Shown: positions 46,036-57,497 of the stretch, piece after piece
Position numbering within the stretch: position 1 is the stretch's first letter
Layout: every line of letters begins with the position of its first letter
From: Candidatus Saccharimonadales bacterium
Lineage (GTDB): Bacteria > Patescibacteriota > Saccharimonadia > Saccharimonadales > JBBQYC01
NCBI GenBank assembly: GCA_038209015.1
Contig: JBBQYC010000001.1
Coordinates: 18,974-82,973, forward strand
DNA: 64,000 nt
Reading direction: 5' to 3'
Program-made: the position numbers and the translations under genes
The notes under the pieces: model-generated
Told to the model about the DNA's origin: nothing
The model's database searches: none
Seen by the model: only the letters and a program-made list of their open reading frames with translations

Positions 46036-47790
46036 ATGGATGCGAAGGATGAGGTTAAACAGCGTTTGAGCATAGAAGACGTAATAGGCGAATACGTTCA
46101 GCTTAAGCGTGCCGGGCGTAATTTTAAGGGTTTGAGTCCGTTTGCAAACGAGAAAACACCGAGTTTTATTGTTAGTCCTGAGAAACAAATCTGGCATGAC
46201 TTCAGCACCAACCGTGGCGGCGATATATTTAGTTTTGTTATGCAGATGGAAGGGCTCGATTTTAAGGGCACACTTGAAATGCTAGCCCGCAAAGCTGGTG
46301 TTGAACTCGAACAATACCGGAGCGATACCAGCAACACACAGGTCAAAGAACGGCTGTATGCTGCGCTTGAACTTGCGACTAAGTTCTACCAAGTTCAATT
46401 CAAAAATAATAAAATAGCCCTGGATTATGTATTTAGGAATCGTCAATTCACCAAACAAGTTGTATTGGATTTTCGTCTAGGCTACGCTCCCAATACGGGT
46501 AATGCTCTCGGTAAGTTTTTAGTCGATAAAGGGTTTACGACCAAGGAATTGCAGCAAGCCGGTTTATTATCTCGGACTTCACGAGCCGGCGACATGTTCC
46601 GAAATCGTCTGATGGTGCCGCTCATGGACGGGCAGGGTCGCGTAATCGGATTTACGGCCCGTTTGCTGGCCGATGATCCGAATGCTCCGAAATACATCAA
46701 CACGCCGCAGACGATGTTATATGACAAAAGTCGGCACGTTTTTGGACTGCACCTCGCTAAAGAGTCGATGCGTAAAGAAAAATTCACCGTTGTTGTTGAG
46801 GGAAACTTAGATGTTATTGCGAGTCATCAGGTAGATGTAAAAAATGTCGTGGCCACCGCTGGTACGGCGATGACCGAACAACATCTGAAAACCGTCGGAC
46901 GGTTCGCGGATGACGTGCGACTAAGCTTTGATAGTGACAGCGCTGGCCTGGCGGCAACCGAACGGGCGATTCCTATAGCTAGTAAAGTCGGGGTCACCCT
47001 CAGTATCATTACCTTACCCGGCGCAAAAGACCCCGATGAACTAATCAAACAAGATGTTGGTGCCTGGAAAAAGGCATTAGAAAAGCGGCAGTACGCTATG
47101 GATTGGCTGATAAGTCATTATGCACATCAATTAGATTTAGACAGTGGGCAGGGAAAGCGGAGTTTTAGCGACGCAATGTTGCCGACATTACGCGAGCTAA
47201 GTGATCCGGTAGAACAGGACCACTACTTAACTGAAGTCGCCAAGCGCATGCAAGTTAGTCCAGCGGCTCTCAAGGATAAACTGCAAACTGATACACCTCA
47301 ACCAAAACTGAAAAAACGAACTCCATCAGATAACATGGTAAGCCAGCAGCAACTTGAACATGCCAAGGTCCAAGATCATTTTATGTCTATGATGCTGATG
47401 AGACCGCATCTGCGGCACATGATAGATATTGTCGATAGCTCAATGCTGCTGCAAGAACAAGCCCAGCAGTTGTTGGATTTTTTGATAGGTCATCCAGATT
47501 TTGAAGGTGATATGCGTCAGGTACCGGTGTTGCAAAGTATTAGTGACTATGTCAAAATACTGTCATTACAGTACGAGGCACTGTTTTCTAAGCTCGATGA
47601 AGTCGAAGGACGCTATGAAGCTCGCCGACTCAGAGCCCGCCTCATTGAACTATATGTAAAATCCAAAAAAGCACAGTTGGCCCAAGCATTGGACTCAGCT
47701 GATGATGAAACAGCCCAAAAACTCCTCACAAGAGTAAAAGAACTCGATCAATTACTAAAGGTTAGTCAAGGAAAGGACACCCATGCCTAA
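46036..47790 (+). CDS. dnaG: DNA primase
   Basis: EKTPSF, FRNRLM.P, PKYINTP, VVEG..DV, D.DSAG, KDPDE. Confidence 0.97.
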   Translation: MDAKDEVKQRLSIEDVIGEYVQLKRAGRNFKGLSPFANEKTPSFIVSPEKQIWHDFSTNRGGDIFSFVMQMEGLDFKGTLEMLARKAGVELEQYRSDTSNTQVKERLYAALELATKFYQVQFKNNKIALDYVFRNRQFTKQVVLDFRLGYAPNTGNALGKFLVDKGFTTKELQQAGLLSRTSRAGDMFRNRLMVPLMDGQGRVIGFTARLLADDPNAPKYINTPQTMLYDKSRHVFGLHLAKESMRKEKFTVVVEGNLDVIASHQVDVKNVVATAGTAMTEQHLKTVGRFADDVRLSFDSDSAGLAATERAIPIASKVGVTLSIITLPGAKDPDELIKQDVGAWKKALEKRQYAMDWLISHYAHQLDLDSGQGKRSFSDAMLPTLRELSDPVEQDHYLTEVAKRMQVSPAALKDKLQTDTPQPKLKKRTPSDNMVSQQQLEHAKVQDHFMSMMLMRPHLRHMIDIVDSSMLLQEQAQQLLDFLIGHPDFEGDMRQVPVLQSISDYVKILSLQYEALFSKLDEVEGRYEARRLRARLIELYVKSKKAQLAQALDSADDETAQKLLTRVKELDQLLKVSQGKDTHA

Positions 47791-48904
47791 GAAGAAAGCA
47801 GCGAAAGCTGTCGAAGCGGAAACGAAAGCAAACCCAGCAGATATTAAAGAGCAACTGCTAAAACGAGCAAAAAAAGACAAGAAAATATCTCAAAAAGATA
47901 TTCTCACCGCTCTGCCAGAAAACTCTGATAACGCGGAAGCGCTTGATGAGCTGTATACGGACCTAGCAGATTTGAATATTGACGTCGTTGAAGGCAAGGC
48001 CGGCAAAGATGACGGCTGGTCAAATGAAGACGACGATGAAGTTACCATAGACGAAAACACCTATCTTGATGATATTGCAGACGACTCGGTTCGTTTGTAC
48101 TTGCGTGAAATCGGTAAAATCCCACTACTGACAGCTGAAGAAGAATTGGCGCTGGCTCAAAAAGTTGTATCCGGCGACAAGCGCGCAAAAGACCAAATGG
48201 CAGAGGCTAATATGCGGCTGGTGGTAAGTATTGCAAAGCGTTACGTTGGACGTGGACTTGACCTGCTGGATTTGATTCAAGAGGGGAACACTGGCTTACT
48301 CCGCGCTGTTGAAAAGTTTGATCCGGATAAAGGATTTAAGTTCAGTACCTATGCAACATGGTGGATTCGCCAGGCTATCACGCGTGCGATTGCCGACCAA
48401 GCACGAACTATTCGTATCCCGGTGCACATGGTAGAAACAATCAACAAACTACTACGAACACAGCGCCGTCTGACTCAGGATCTCAACCGCGAACCAACCA
48501 ATGAAGAAATCGCAGCCGAAATGGAGATTGAAGTCGATAAAGTTGAACACATCATGAAGATTAAGCAAGATATTTCTAGTCTTGATGCCAGTGTTCGTGA
48601 TGACGAAGAAGATTCTGTATTGGCAGATTTCATCGAAGATGAAGATACAATTACGCCTGAAGAATCGGCGACTGGTCAGCTGCTAAAAGAACACGTCAAA
48701 GAAATGCTGAGCGCACTGACAGAACGTGAGCAAAAAATATTAAAGCTCCGTTTTGGTCTTGAGGACGGTAAAAGCCATACACTTGAAGAAGTCGGGCAGG
48801 AGTTCATGGTAACCCGCGAACGAATTCGTCAGATAGAAGCGAAAGCACTTGCTAAACTGCGCAAACACAAAGACAGCCGCAAACTCCACGACTATATTAA
48901 ATAA
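47783..48904 (+). CDS. rpoD: Primary sigma factor RpoD/SigA
   Basis: [63 protein letters not shown]. Confidence 0.97.
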   Translation: MPKKKAAKAVEAETKANPADIKEQLLKRAKKDKKISQKDILTALPENSDNAEALDELYTDLADLNIDVVEGKAGKDDGWSNEDDDEVTIDENTYLDDIADDSVRLYLREIGKIPLLTAEEELALAQKVVSGDKRAKDQMAEANMRLVVSIAKRYVGRGLDLLDLIQEGNTGLLRAVEKFDPDKGFKFSTYATWWIRQAITRAIADQARTIRIPVHMVETINKLLRTQRRLTQDLNREPTNEEIAAEMEIEVDKVEHIMKIKQDISSLDASVRDDEEDSVLADFIEDEDTITPEESATGQLLKEHVKEMLSALTEREQKILKLRFGLEDGKSHTLEEVGQEFMVTRERIRQIEAKALAKLRKHKDSRKLHDYIK

Positions 48905-48968
48905 AATCACGCTCAACTTGAATATAGGTAATCGATTATGTGCCCTGTAAGTAGTGGTAGGTTAAACT

Positions 48969-50444
48969 ATGGCAGTGAGTAAAGACATCATTATTATTGG
49001 TGCCGGGTTTGGTGGATTAAGCGCAGCAGCGTATTTGGCGCGCGCCGGACATAATGTAACGGTGCTTGAGAAAAACGATCGCCCGGGTGGGCGAGCGATG
49101 GTATTTTCTGCGCGCGGTTACGTCTTTGATCAAGGTCCATCCTGGTACCTTATGCCGGATGTGTTTGATGAATTCTTCGCTGATTTTGAAAAAGTAACCA
49201 GCGACTACTATGAGCTAGAAACACTTGAGCCATCATATAAAGTCTTTGAGAAGGATGATTCCTACAATGTAACGACTGCACCGTCAGTATTTACATTATT
49301 CGAAAAACTAGAACCCGGTTCCACCAAGTCAATTACTCGATTACTGGAAAAAACCAAATCAGAGTACGATGCGGTAAGAGCCGGGCTACTGATAAACTCG
49401 CAATTGAGCCCTCTCAGTTTGTTAAGAGAACCAAAGGTTCGAAAACTTCTGAAAAACACCGAATTAGTTCGATCATATCATTCACGTATTTCTAAATATG
49501 CAAAAACCGACAAGCTCCAACATATTCTAGAATTTATGACGGTATTTTTAGGCGGGAGTCCCGGTAATGTTCCCGCAATGTATAGTTTGCTTACTCATGT
49601 CGATCTAGGTTTGGGTGTGAGGTATCCAGCCGGCGGTATCGGGAGTGTGGTATCGGCATTTGTTAGGCTTGTCCAAGAGCAGGGAGCACGTATCCGCTAC
49701 GAATCACCGGTTGCTCGCATTACGACTCATAACGGTAAAACAACCGGGGTTATATTGGAAAACGGCACAGAATTACCAGCTGATATAGTGGTCGCTAATG
49801 CAGATTACCATCATGTTGAAACAACTATGCTCGGTAGTAAAGATAGAACATACGATGAAACGTACTGGCGCAAAAAAACTGTTTCGCCATCAGGTCTTCT
49901 GATATATCTTGGCGTGAATAAAAAAATACCAAGTCTGCAGCATCACAATTTGTTTTTTGATACAGACTGGGACCATCACTTCAGAGAAGTATTCAATCGT
50001 AAAAAATGGTCGTCGGAACCATTATTTTATGTATGCATGCCATCCCGGAGTGATAAAACTGTCGCTCCAAAAGGGAAAGAAAACTTGTTTGTGTTGGCAC
50101 CTATGGCTAGTGGAGTCCAACCAACTCAGACCGAAATTGATACAACCGTCAAGAGCATTTTAAGGCGAATTGAACGGCATAGTGGTACAGTTTTTCAGGA
50201 TAAAATCGAGGTACAAGAAGTTCGAACACAAGCATACTTCGAGGAAGCATTTAATGCGTACCAAGGTAATGCATTTGGGCTTGCTCATACACTCAGTCAA
50301 TCGGGGCCATTACGGCCACGTATGAAAAGTAAAAAAGTAGCCGGACTGTACTATGTTGGCCAGTACACAAACCCAGGAACTGGAGTACCACTGGTTGTAC
50401 TGTCCGGCAAAGCTGTGAGTAATCTGATTCAAACTCATGAGTAA
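48969..50444 (+). CDS. crtI: Phytoene desaturase family protein
   Basis: GAGFGGL, FDQGPSWYLMPD, GNAFGLAHTL.Q, PG.GVP.V..SG. Confidence 0.92.
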   Translation: MAVSKDIIIIGAGFGGLSAAAYLARAGHNVTVLEKNDRPGGRAMVFSARGYVFDQGPSWYLMPDVFDEFFADFEKVTSDYYELETLEPSYKVFEKDDSYNVTTAPSVFTLFEKLEPGSTKSITRLLEKTKSEYDAVRAGLLINSQLSPLSLLREPKVRKLLKNTELVRSYHSRISKYAKTDKLQHILEFMTVFLGGSPGNVPAMYSLLTHVDLGLGVRYPAGGIGSVVSAFVRLVQEQGARIRYESPVARITTHNGKTTGVILENGTELPADIVVANADYHHVETTMLGSKDRTYDETYWRKKTVSPSGLLIYLGVNKKIPSLQHHNLFFDTDWDHHFREVFNRKKWSSEPLFYVCMPSRSDKTVAPKGKENLFVLAPMASGVQPTQTEIDTTVKSILRRIERHSGTVFQDKIEVQEVRTQAYFEEAFNAYQGNAFGLAHTLSQSGPLRPRMKSKKVAGLYYVGQYTNPGTGVPLVVLSGKAVSNLIQTHE

Positions 50445-51285
50445 GCAGCTTGAAAAACAAATATTTCGCAACGGTAGTACAACGTACTACTGGAGCAGTG
50501 TATTTTTCCCAAAACAGGAGCGGTCTGATATTTTTCGTTTGTATAGTTTTGTTCGGGTTGCTGATGATTACGTAGATGCAATCCCGCAGCAAAAAGAACA
50601 GTTTAACGATCTGGTGCGGTTATGGCAAACGGTTTCAGCAGATACGACATATACACTTACGCCAAATGATGGTGACTCAATCGATTTGAGAGTGGTCAAA
50701 AATATAGTTTATTTGCAGCGCAATAAAGGCATTAAAAAAGAGTGGGTCGAGGCATTCATAAAAGCTATGCAATCCGATACTAAGCTGCATACATATAAAA
50801 CGATCGACGATTCACTGGCATATGTATATGGCTCTGCCGAGGTCATCGGTTTAATGATGTGCCAGGTTCTCGGTATTCCAAAGCAAGCTCACAAAGCAGC
50901 TATGATGCAGGGGAGGGCAATGCAGTGGATTAATTTTATTCGTGATATTGACGAAGACAATCGACTTGGCCGCCAGTATTTTCCGCAATTCAGTTTAAAT
51001 GAGCACGGCCTCGAAAATCTTACCTCACCTGATCAGGAAGAACGTATAAATACATTTATTCGCTCGGAAATTACACGCTACAGTGAATGGCAAGAGCGGG
51101 CTTACGAAGGCTACAGATATATCCCAAGACGTTACCAAATACCTATTGCGACAGCAGCCGATATGTACAACTGGACTGCGCATCAGATTAATAAAAATCC
51201 ATCAATCGTTTTTACTAAAAAACTTAAACCAAGTCGGTTTCGAGTCCTCATTACCGTCTTAAAACATAGTTTGCGAGCTATATAG
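50437..51285 (+). CDS. crtB: Phytoene/squalene synthase
   Basis: LYSFVRVADDYVD, Y.YGSAEVIGLM, AMQWINFIRDIDED...GR.YFP. Confidence 0.92.
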   Translation: MSKQLEKQIFRNGSTTYYWSSVFFPKQERSDIFRLYSFVRVADDYVDAIPQQKEQFNDLVRLWQTVSADTTYTLTPNDGDSIDLRVVKNIVYLQRNKGIKKEWVEAFIKAMQSDTKLHTYKTIDDSLAYVYGSAEVIGLMMCQVLGIPKQAHKAAMMQGRAMQWINFIRDIDEDNRLGRQYFPQFSLNEHGLENLTSPDQEERINTFIRSEITRYSEWQERAYEGYRYIPRRYQIPIATAADMYNWTAHQINKNPSIVFTKKLKPSRFRVLITVLKHSLRAI

Positions 51286-51315
51286 CCGTTCGCTTATTTT
51301 CAGGTAGTCTACAGG

Positions 51316-51903
51316 TTACTTCTGTTCTATGTCGAGTTTTGCTAGCAATGTATCTAATGATCTCAAGAGTGTATCAACAGAACCATCATTAACGAATGTA
51401 TAATCAGCGAATGCAATCGGTCCGCCTTGCTCCAGGTTTTCAATCTGAGCAATATCGCGATTCATAATTTGTTCCGCCGAGGTGTATTTGCGGTGGCTAT
51501 CTACTCGATTTAAAATCCGTTGATATCGCTCTAAACGAGGTGCAGTAACGGCGATAAGCAGTAAATCGTCACCAATTTTGTTATGCAGATAGTTCCGCTC
51601 GCTCCAGCTATACAGGCCGTCGAACACAACCGTTGTGTGTCCCTCATTAAAATATTTATTTGCTTTTCGTAAAGCGTGTTTGGCAAGCACGGCTGTACCA
51701 TCTTGCTTGCGCATGTCTTCGCGAACAAAAGCTTCATCGGCAACGTTATCTAATCCGCGGCGTTGCACTTCTTCGTATACCATAGTCCCGAAATGGACCA
51801 CCGGAAGCTTATAGGCAGTTTCAATATGATTAGTACAGGTTCCTTTTCCTGAACCCGGCATCCCCACAAAAGCTATTATTCTATTCCTCTTCACGCAAGT
51901 CAT
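51316..51903 (-). CDS. P-loop kinase (dephospho-CoA-kinase-like/UPF0200-like)
   Basis: GMPGSGKG, DGLYSWSE, RD..QIE...GGPIAFADY. Confidence 0.8.
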   Translation of the reverse strand: MTCVKRNRIIAFVGMPGSGKGTCTNHIETAYKLPVVHFGTMVYEEVQRRGLDNVADEAFVREDMRKQDGTAVLAKHALRKANKYFNEGHTTVVFDGLYSWSERNYLHNKIGDDLLLIAVTAPRLERYQRILNRVDSHRKYTSAEQIMNRDIAQIENLEQGGPIAFADYTFVNDGSVDTLLRSLDTLLAKLDIEQK

Positions 51904-51963
51904 TGTAACGCGACTTCAAAAAAAGTGAGAACATTTGTAACCGGCGTATACTAGAAGCCACGT

Positions 51964-53073
51964 ATGACTAAAAAAATTGATACTGCAAACCCGGATATTG
52001 CCGTTTTTACGCGCAAACTTAACGAATTTAAACAGTTGATAGACGCTGATATTTCCACTTACAGCCGTCAGATTACTAAAAACACAAGAAAACAGTACGG
52101 CCCATATGCCCAGATTGAAATAGACGCATTCTTGAGTATTTTAGGACGCGGTGGTAAACGCATTCGCGGAGCACTCGTCATGCTGGGTTATGAGATGAGT
52201 GGTGGTACGAACAAAGCTATGATTATTGAAGCAGCTCGGGTGGTCGAAATGATTCATGCGTATATTCTAATCATTGATGATATCCAGGACCGTTCTAGGA
52301 TACGCCGCGGAGGTCCGGCTGCACATATGCTTTTGAGCGAATACCATAGTCAGCACAGCCTATCTAGTAATAGTGATCACTTTGGTATTTCTATTGCTAT
52401 GAACAGTGCACTTGCCGGAGCCCACGCTGCTCAAATGCTACTCACTAACTTGGACGTCGATCAGCAGCTGCGCCTGAATACAATAGCTATACTCAACCGA
52501 ACTATGCTGGTAACGGCACACGGACAGACCAATGACATCATGAACGAGGTGTTAGCAGAAGTGAGCCAAAAAGATATCGAAACAGTTTTAGAGTGGAAGA
52601 CTGCGCACTATACGTTTTTAAATCCACTGCACATGGGTATGGTGCTAGCTGGTGCGGATTGTGATGCTACTGATGCCATAAGCAACTATGCAATTCATGC
52701 CGGGAAAGCATTTCAAATTACCGACGATATCCTAGGTGTTTTTGGGAATGAATTTGAAAGTGGCAAATCACCACTGGATGATATACGCGAAGGCAAGCGT
52801 ACCGTGTTGACTGTCAATGCTCTTGAAAACACTGATGACGGGAATAAAAACTTTCTTATTCAAATGTTAGGGAACGACCATTTAACACGCGCTGAATTTG
52901 ACCGTTGCAAAGACATAATTATAGAAGCCGGGTCGCTCGATTATGCAAAGAAACGAGCCATACATCACATTAATCAGGCTGTTGAATCGCTGGATGGTGT
53001 GGACTATTGGTCAGAGGACGGATTGGCATTTTTACGCGGCTTAGCAGTATCACTGCTCAATCGTCATAGCTAG
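51964..53073 (+). CDS. Polyprenyl (GGPP-type) diphosphate synthase
   Basis: GGKRIRG, DDIQD...RRG, GQ, KT, FQITDDILG, DIREGK. Confidence 0.92.
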   Translation: MTKKIDTANPDIAVFTRKLNEFKQLIDADISTYSRQITKNTRKQYGPYAQIEIDAFLSILGRGGKRIRGALVMLGYEMSGGTNKAMIIEAARVVEMIHAYILIIDDIQDRSRIRRGGPAAHMLLSEYHSQHSLSSNSDHFGISIAMNSALAGAHAAQMLLTNLDVDQQLRLNTIAILNRTMLVTAHGQTNDIMNEVLAEVSQKDIETVLEWKTAHYTFLNPLHMGMVLAGADCDATDAISNYAIHAGKAFQITDDILGVFGNEFESGKSPLDDIREGKRTVLTVNALENTDDGNKNFLIQMLGNDHLTRAEFDRCKDIIIEAGSLDYAKKRAIHHINQAVESLDGVDYWSEDGLAFLRGLAVSLLNRHS

Positions 53074-53112
53074 TCTTTCATCTTTGACCTAGATGTGTTT
53101 AACTTTGCGTTG

Positions 53113-54255
53113 ATGAATAGAGATACGGAAATATTTGAACAGCTGCCCGACTTCGAGCGGGGTATTGAAATTGAACAACCGCCAGTTAAATCGGTAACTC
53201 TTGAAGAGGTGCAAACCTTGCTGCGCGAACGTCATAAGTTAGGCTCACGTCAGGGTCATATTCTGACATTAGAGCAAGAATGTACTCTCGCTCAAGCTAT
53301 AGAAAAAGGTTCGGCGGCATCTGAATGGCTAACTGATGAAACGATGGAGTTACCTGAAGAAGAGACTGAAGTGCTCCAAAAGTGGGTGAAAGCACGAGAA
53401 GAATCAGTCGCTGAATTCATTGCATCCAATCAAGGACTCGTGACCATGATAGCCAAGCGTTACATGAACCGAGGTTTACCGTTAGAAGATCTCATACAAG
53501 AAGGAAATATTGGCCTATTAACTGCGGTCGAGAAATACGACTGGAGGCGAGGGTTTCGTTTCAATACAATGGCGTTTTGGTGGATTCGCCAAGCAATTCC
53601 TAGAAAATTAACCCTTGCTGGCAATGTAAATATCCCACCCCGTGCAAATGATTTGAAACGCCAGGTAAAACGATTTATGGCTGATTATCCAACCAGCAGC
53701 CAGCAGGATGCCTATGAGTTTTTAGGTTTATCTGACTCTGACCAGGAATCTGTAGAGGCGGCTTTAGCAATGAGCAGTCTGGCATCACTGAACAAGCGAG
53801 TCGGTGATGACCTTTTCGGTAGTGAGCAGCAAGATTTTGTTGCAGACAGCAGTGCGTCAGTTGAACACATGGTGACTGATCTATACATGAATGATGAGAT
53901 TAATAGCTTACTCCATACTTTAGGCGAAAAACACAGGCAAGCGATTATTTTGCGTTTTGGTCTAGGAGAAGAACAAGGCAGAAGTTACGAGGCAGCGGCT
54001 GAAGTAATGGGGGTGGCGGCTAGCACGTTCAAGGGTATTGTAAACTCGGCACTGGATCAGCTCCAGGAAAAAGCCAAACAGGACCCTGATTTTACACCAG
54101 AAAAAAAGACAGAGCCGGTCTCGATGTACGAAATATCAGCCGATGAAGCTATGCGTATGGTACGTCAGTACAGTGAACTACTCGGATATTCTGCCCAGCA
54201 GATAGCTAGTATGCTGGATATCCCTCTGGAAGATGTTGAGAACTACTTAAGCTAA
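53113..54255 (+). CDS. Divergent RpoD/RpoS-like sigma70 factor
   Basis: NQGLVTMIAKRY, DLIQEGNIGL..AVEKYD, WWIRQAI; altered region 4 and an extra C-terminal HTH-like segment. Confidence 0.85.
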   Translation: MNRDTEIFEQLPDFERGIEIEQPPVKSVTLEEVQTLLRERHKLGSRQGHILTLEQECTLAQAIEKGSAASEWLTDETMELPEEETEVLQKWVKAREESVAEFIASNQGLVTMIAKRYMNRGLPLEDLIQEGNIGLLTAVEKYDWRRGFRFNTMAFWWIRQAIPRKLTLAGNVNIPPRANDLKRQVKRFMADYPTSSQQDAYEFLGLSDSDQESVEAALAMSSLASLNKRVGDDLFGSEQQDFVADSSASVEHMVTDLYMNDEINSLLHTLGEKHRQAIILRFGLGEEQGRSYEAAAEVMGVAASTFKGIVNSALDQLQEKAKQDPDFTPEKKTEPVSMYEISADEAMRMVRQYSELLGYSAQQIASMLDIPLEDVENYLS

Positions 54256-54287
54256 CTCCTTAGAATCTTTAGCGTATACTGTACCCA

Positions 54288-56927
54288 ATGGCAGTCGCGC
54301 GTAAAAAATTTGTAATTATCGACGGGAAATCGGTCTTTTACCGTGGGTACTACGCCATGCCCGGGTTGAGTACAAATGATGGCACGCCCACAGGAGGAGT
54401 TTATGGGTTTGCGGTTATGGCGCTCGAAGTCCTCAAGCGTCTCAAACCAGACTACGTCTGCGTTGCATGGGACAAGCCTAAAACGAATATTCGTAAACGG
54501 ACTGACTTATATCCAGAGTACAAGGCCGGTCGCAAATCACCACCGCAGGATTTTTATGATCAAATACCAATTCTTCACGAACTGCTAGATGCGTTCGGAT
54601 GGCCGCTGTATGAGCTTGACGACTATGAGGCCGACGACATCATGGCGACACTTGCCGATCAAGCCAAAGAGGAAGATATCGAAACAATGTTAATTACGAG
54701 CGATCTTGACGCTCTGCAGGCGGTAAATAGTCATACCCATGTTTACGCGCTTAAAAAAGGCTTGAGTAATATTGAATTATTTAAGCCAGAAAGTTTCAAA
54801 GAAAAGTATGGCTTAGAACCAAGTCAATTTCTAGATCTCAAGGCGCTCATGGGGGATAGCTCCGACAACATCCCGGGAGTTGCCGGAATTGGTAAAAAGG
54901 GTGCCACCGATTTACTTCAAGAATACGGCAGCCTGGATGCAATCTATGAAAACCTTGACCTGCTTAAAAATTCTGTGCGCAAAAAACTTGAAGACGGCCG
55001 CGACATGGCGTACTTGAGTAAACAATTAGCAACACTGTGGACTGACGCACCTATTAAACTCGATCTGAAGGCAGTTGACGGTAGTAAATGCGACCCGGTT
55101 AAGGTCAAGGAAGAGCTACAGAAGCTTGAATTTCGAACACTACTTCGTCAGTTGCCCGATGCGATGCAAATGAGCCAGGAGCAAGTTGAACAAAATAATA
55201 TTCAAGAATTCACGGTTTCAGAAACTGCCGCCCACGCAATTTCTAGCGACGCTGATCTAAAAAAGCTGGTTTCAAAAAAACCGACTGAACTCTATGTGTA
55301 TTCCCGGGCAGCAGGCACGTACGGCAATAAGCCGCTGGTGCTTCTCGTGAGTTTGGACGGCAAAAAAACCTATCATATTGATGTAACGAAGGTTTCGACG
55401 CCAGTTCTTAAAGAGCTATTTGCAGCCAAGCCGCAGCTGATTGGCTACGATATAAAATCTACACTCAAGGTACTTCTCGAACTTGGTATAGCCATGCCGC
55501 CAATTGGGCACGATGTCTTAATCGGTTCGTTCCTTATAAATAGCTTGCGGCGAGAAAAGACTTTGACTGAACTAGCGCAGGCAGACATAGGGTACCAAGG
55601 GGAGCTTGAAACCGTCGCCACAGATGAACTGATTGTAAAAGGCGCAGAAATAATTGAAGTTTTGCGAGCTCTTTATCTGCAACAGGCGACTGCTCTGGAA
55701 GAGCTTCCCAAGGTTCAGAAGCTGGCCGATGACATTGAGTGGCCAGTTATTCGAGTACTTGCTAGTATGGAGCACCGTGGTATCAAACTAGACACTGATT
55801 ACTTGGGTATGATGAGCGAACAATTGACTGATGCAGTTAGTGATCTAGAACAGCAAATTTACGGCTACGCAGACCAAGAATTCAATATCAGCAGCCCCAG
55901 CCAACTAGCTGAAATTTTATTCACCACGCTCAAGCTTCCAACCAATGGAATCAAAAAAGGTAAAACCGGGTACTCAACTGCCGCTTCAGAACTCGCAAAA
56001 TTACGGGGTGAACACGAAATTATTGATTTTATAAGTCAGTACCGGGAAGTTACGAAGCTGAAAAGCACTTACGTCGATACATTGCCGGAACTGGTAGATG
56101 ACAATTCACGCCTGCATACGACGTTTGCTTTAACAGTGGCGCAGACCGGCCGGCTCAGCAGCCATGATCCAAACCTGCAGAATATTCCTGTTCGCAGCGA
56201 GCTTGGCAAAAAAATTAGAACAGCATTTGTAGCAGGTGAGGGCAATGTATTTATTAGCGCAGATTATAGCCAGTTCGAACTCCGTTTGGCGGCGTACTTA
56301 TGTAATGACAAAGATTTGATAGATATGTTTAATCGGGATGTTGACGTACACGTTGCTACTGCTGCTGAGGTATATGAGCGCCGCCCTGAGGATATCACTA
56401 AGAATATGCGGCGTGATGCCAAGGTGGTAAATTTTGGGGTTATGTACGGACTGAGCTCGCACGGGCTAGTCCAGGCCACCGGTATGAGTTACGACCAAGC
56501 AACACACTTTATTAAGCGTTATTTTGAGGTCCGTCCCAAACTGCAGGGATATATTGATGAAATTAAAAAACAAGCCAAAGATGAGGGGTATGTAGAAACT
56601 ATTTTTGGTCGACGTCGCCCGACTCCAGATGTGCGCTCAAATGTATTTCCGATTCGCGAAGCCGCCTACCGGGCAGCCGTAAATATGCCGTTCCAGGGCA
56701 GTGCAGCCGATATTATGAAGCTTGCCATGGTGCAATTGCATGAGAAACTTCAGGGTACTGACTGTAATTTATTGCTGCAAATCCATGACAGCGTTATAGC
56801 TGAGTGTCCAGCCGGCCAAGCTGAAGTCTTCGCCACACTCATCAAAGAGACAATGGAGGGCGTTGTCAACTTACCAATCAAAATGACCGTAGACACCGAC
56901 ACAGGTAAAACTTGGGGTGAACTCTAG
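54288..56927 (+). CDS. polA: DNA polymerase I
   Basis: 5' nuclease (EADD, GDSSDNIPGV), TGRLSS.PNLQNIP, ADYSQ.ELR, QIHD. Confidence 0.97.
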   Translation: MAVARKKFVIIDGKSVFYRGYYAMPGLSTNDGTPTGGVYGFAVMALEVLKRLKPDYVCVAWDKPKTNIRKRTDLYPEYKAGRKSPPQDFYDQIPILHELLDAFGWPLYELDDYEADDIMATLADQAKEEDIETMLITSDLDALQAVNSHTHVYALKKGLSNIELFKPESFKEKYGLEPSQFLDLKALMGDSSDNIPGVAGIGKKGATDLLQEYGSLDAIYENLDLLKNSVRKKLEDGRDMAYLSKQLATLWTDAPIKLDLKAVDGSKCDPVKVKEELQKLEFRTLLRQLPDAMQMSQEQVEQNNIQEFTVSETAAHAISSDADLKKLVSKKPTELYVYSRAAGTYGNKPLVLLVSLDGKKTYHIDVTKVSTPVLKELFAAKPQLIGYDIKSTLKVLLELGIAMPPIGHDVLIGSFLINSLRREKTLTELAQADIGYQGELETVATDELIVKGAEIIEVLRALYLQQATALEELPKVQKLADDIEWPVIRVLASMEHRGIKLDTDYLGMMSEQLTDAVSDLEQQIYGYADQEFNISSPSQLAEILFTTLKLPTNGIKKGKTGYSTAASELAKLRGEHEIIDFISQYREVTKLKSTYVDTLPELVDDNSRLHTTFALTVAQTGRLSSHDPNLQNIPVRSELGKKIRTAFVAGEGNVFISADYSQFELRLAAYLCNDKDLIDMFNRDVDVHVATAAEVYERRPEDITKNMRRDAKVVNFGVMYGLSSHGLVQATGMSYDQATHFIKRYFEVRPKLQGYIDEIKKQAKDEGYVETIFGRRRPTPDVRSNVFPIREAAYRAAVNMPFQGSAADIMKLAMVQLHEKLQGTDCNLLLQIHDSVIAECPAGQAEVFATLIKETMEGVVNLPIKMTVDTDTGKTWGEL

Positions 56928-56930
56928 ATT

Positions 56931-57497
56931 ATGAGTAAACCGGTACTGTTTATTACAGGGAAATCGCGAAAAATAATGCAGGCAGAAGCATGCCTAAAAA
57001 CATATGATATTGAAGTAGTATCCAAAGATGTTGAGGTTATTGAAATACAGTCCCACGATCCGCTAGACATCGTAAAGCATAAAGTCATTAGCGCCTATCA
57101 AATTACCCAAGAGCCTGTTGTGGTGTGTGATCATTTTTGGTCATTTCATGCTCTGAATGGATGGCCGGGCGGATACATGAAAGACATGAATCATTGGCTT
57201 GATGAAAAAGACTTTTTGAATCTTATGAAAGATAAAAAAGACAGACGAGTAACCTTCACAGAAGCAATTTCGTATACAGCGGACGGTATACGTACAGAAG
57301 TTTTCACGGCTCAATTCTCAGGAGCAGTGGTTACTGCTGCTAAAGGAACAGGCTATGTCCCAGCTGAGCGGGTGATTGTATTTGATGGTCAAACCAAGAC
57401 AATTGCAGAGCAAATTGACGCTGGTCATGATTCACGTAATATGAATGACTCAGCCTGGCATATGTTTGGTAGCTGGTACCAAGCGAACAAGGAGTAG
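56931..57497 (+). CDS. Ham1/RdgB-like non-canonical purine NTP pyrophosphatase
   Basis: ITG...K, EIQS, ALNGWPGGYMK. Confidence 0.8.
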   Translation: MSKPVLFITGKSRKIMQAEACLKTYDIEVVSKDVEVIEIQSHDPLDIVKHKVISAYQITQEPVVVCDHFWSFHALNGWPGGYMKDMNHWLDEKDFLNLMKDKKDRRVTFTEAISYTADGIRTEVFTAQFSGAVVTAAKGTGYVPAERVIVFDGQTKTIAEQIDAGHDSRNMNDSAWHMFGSWYQANKE

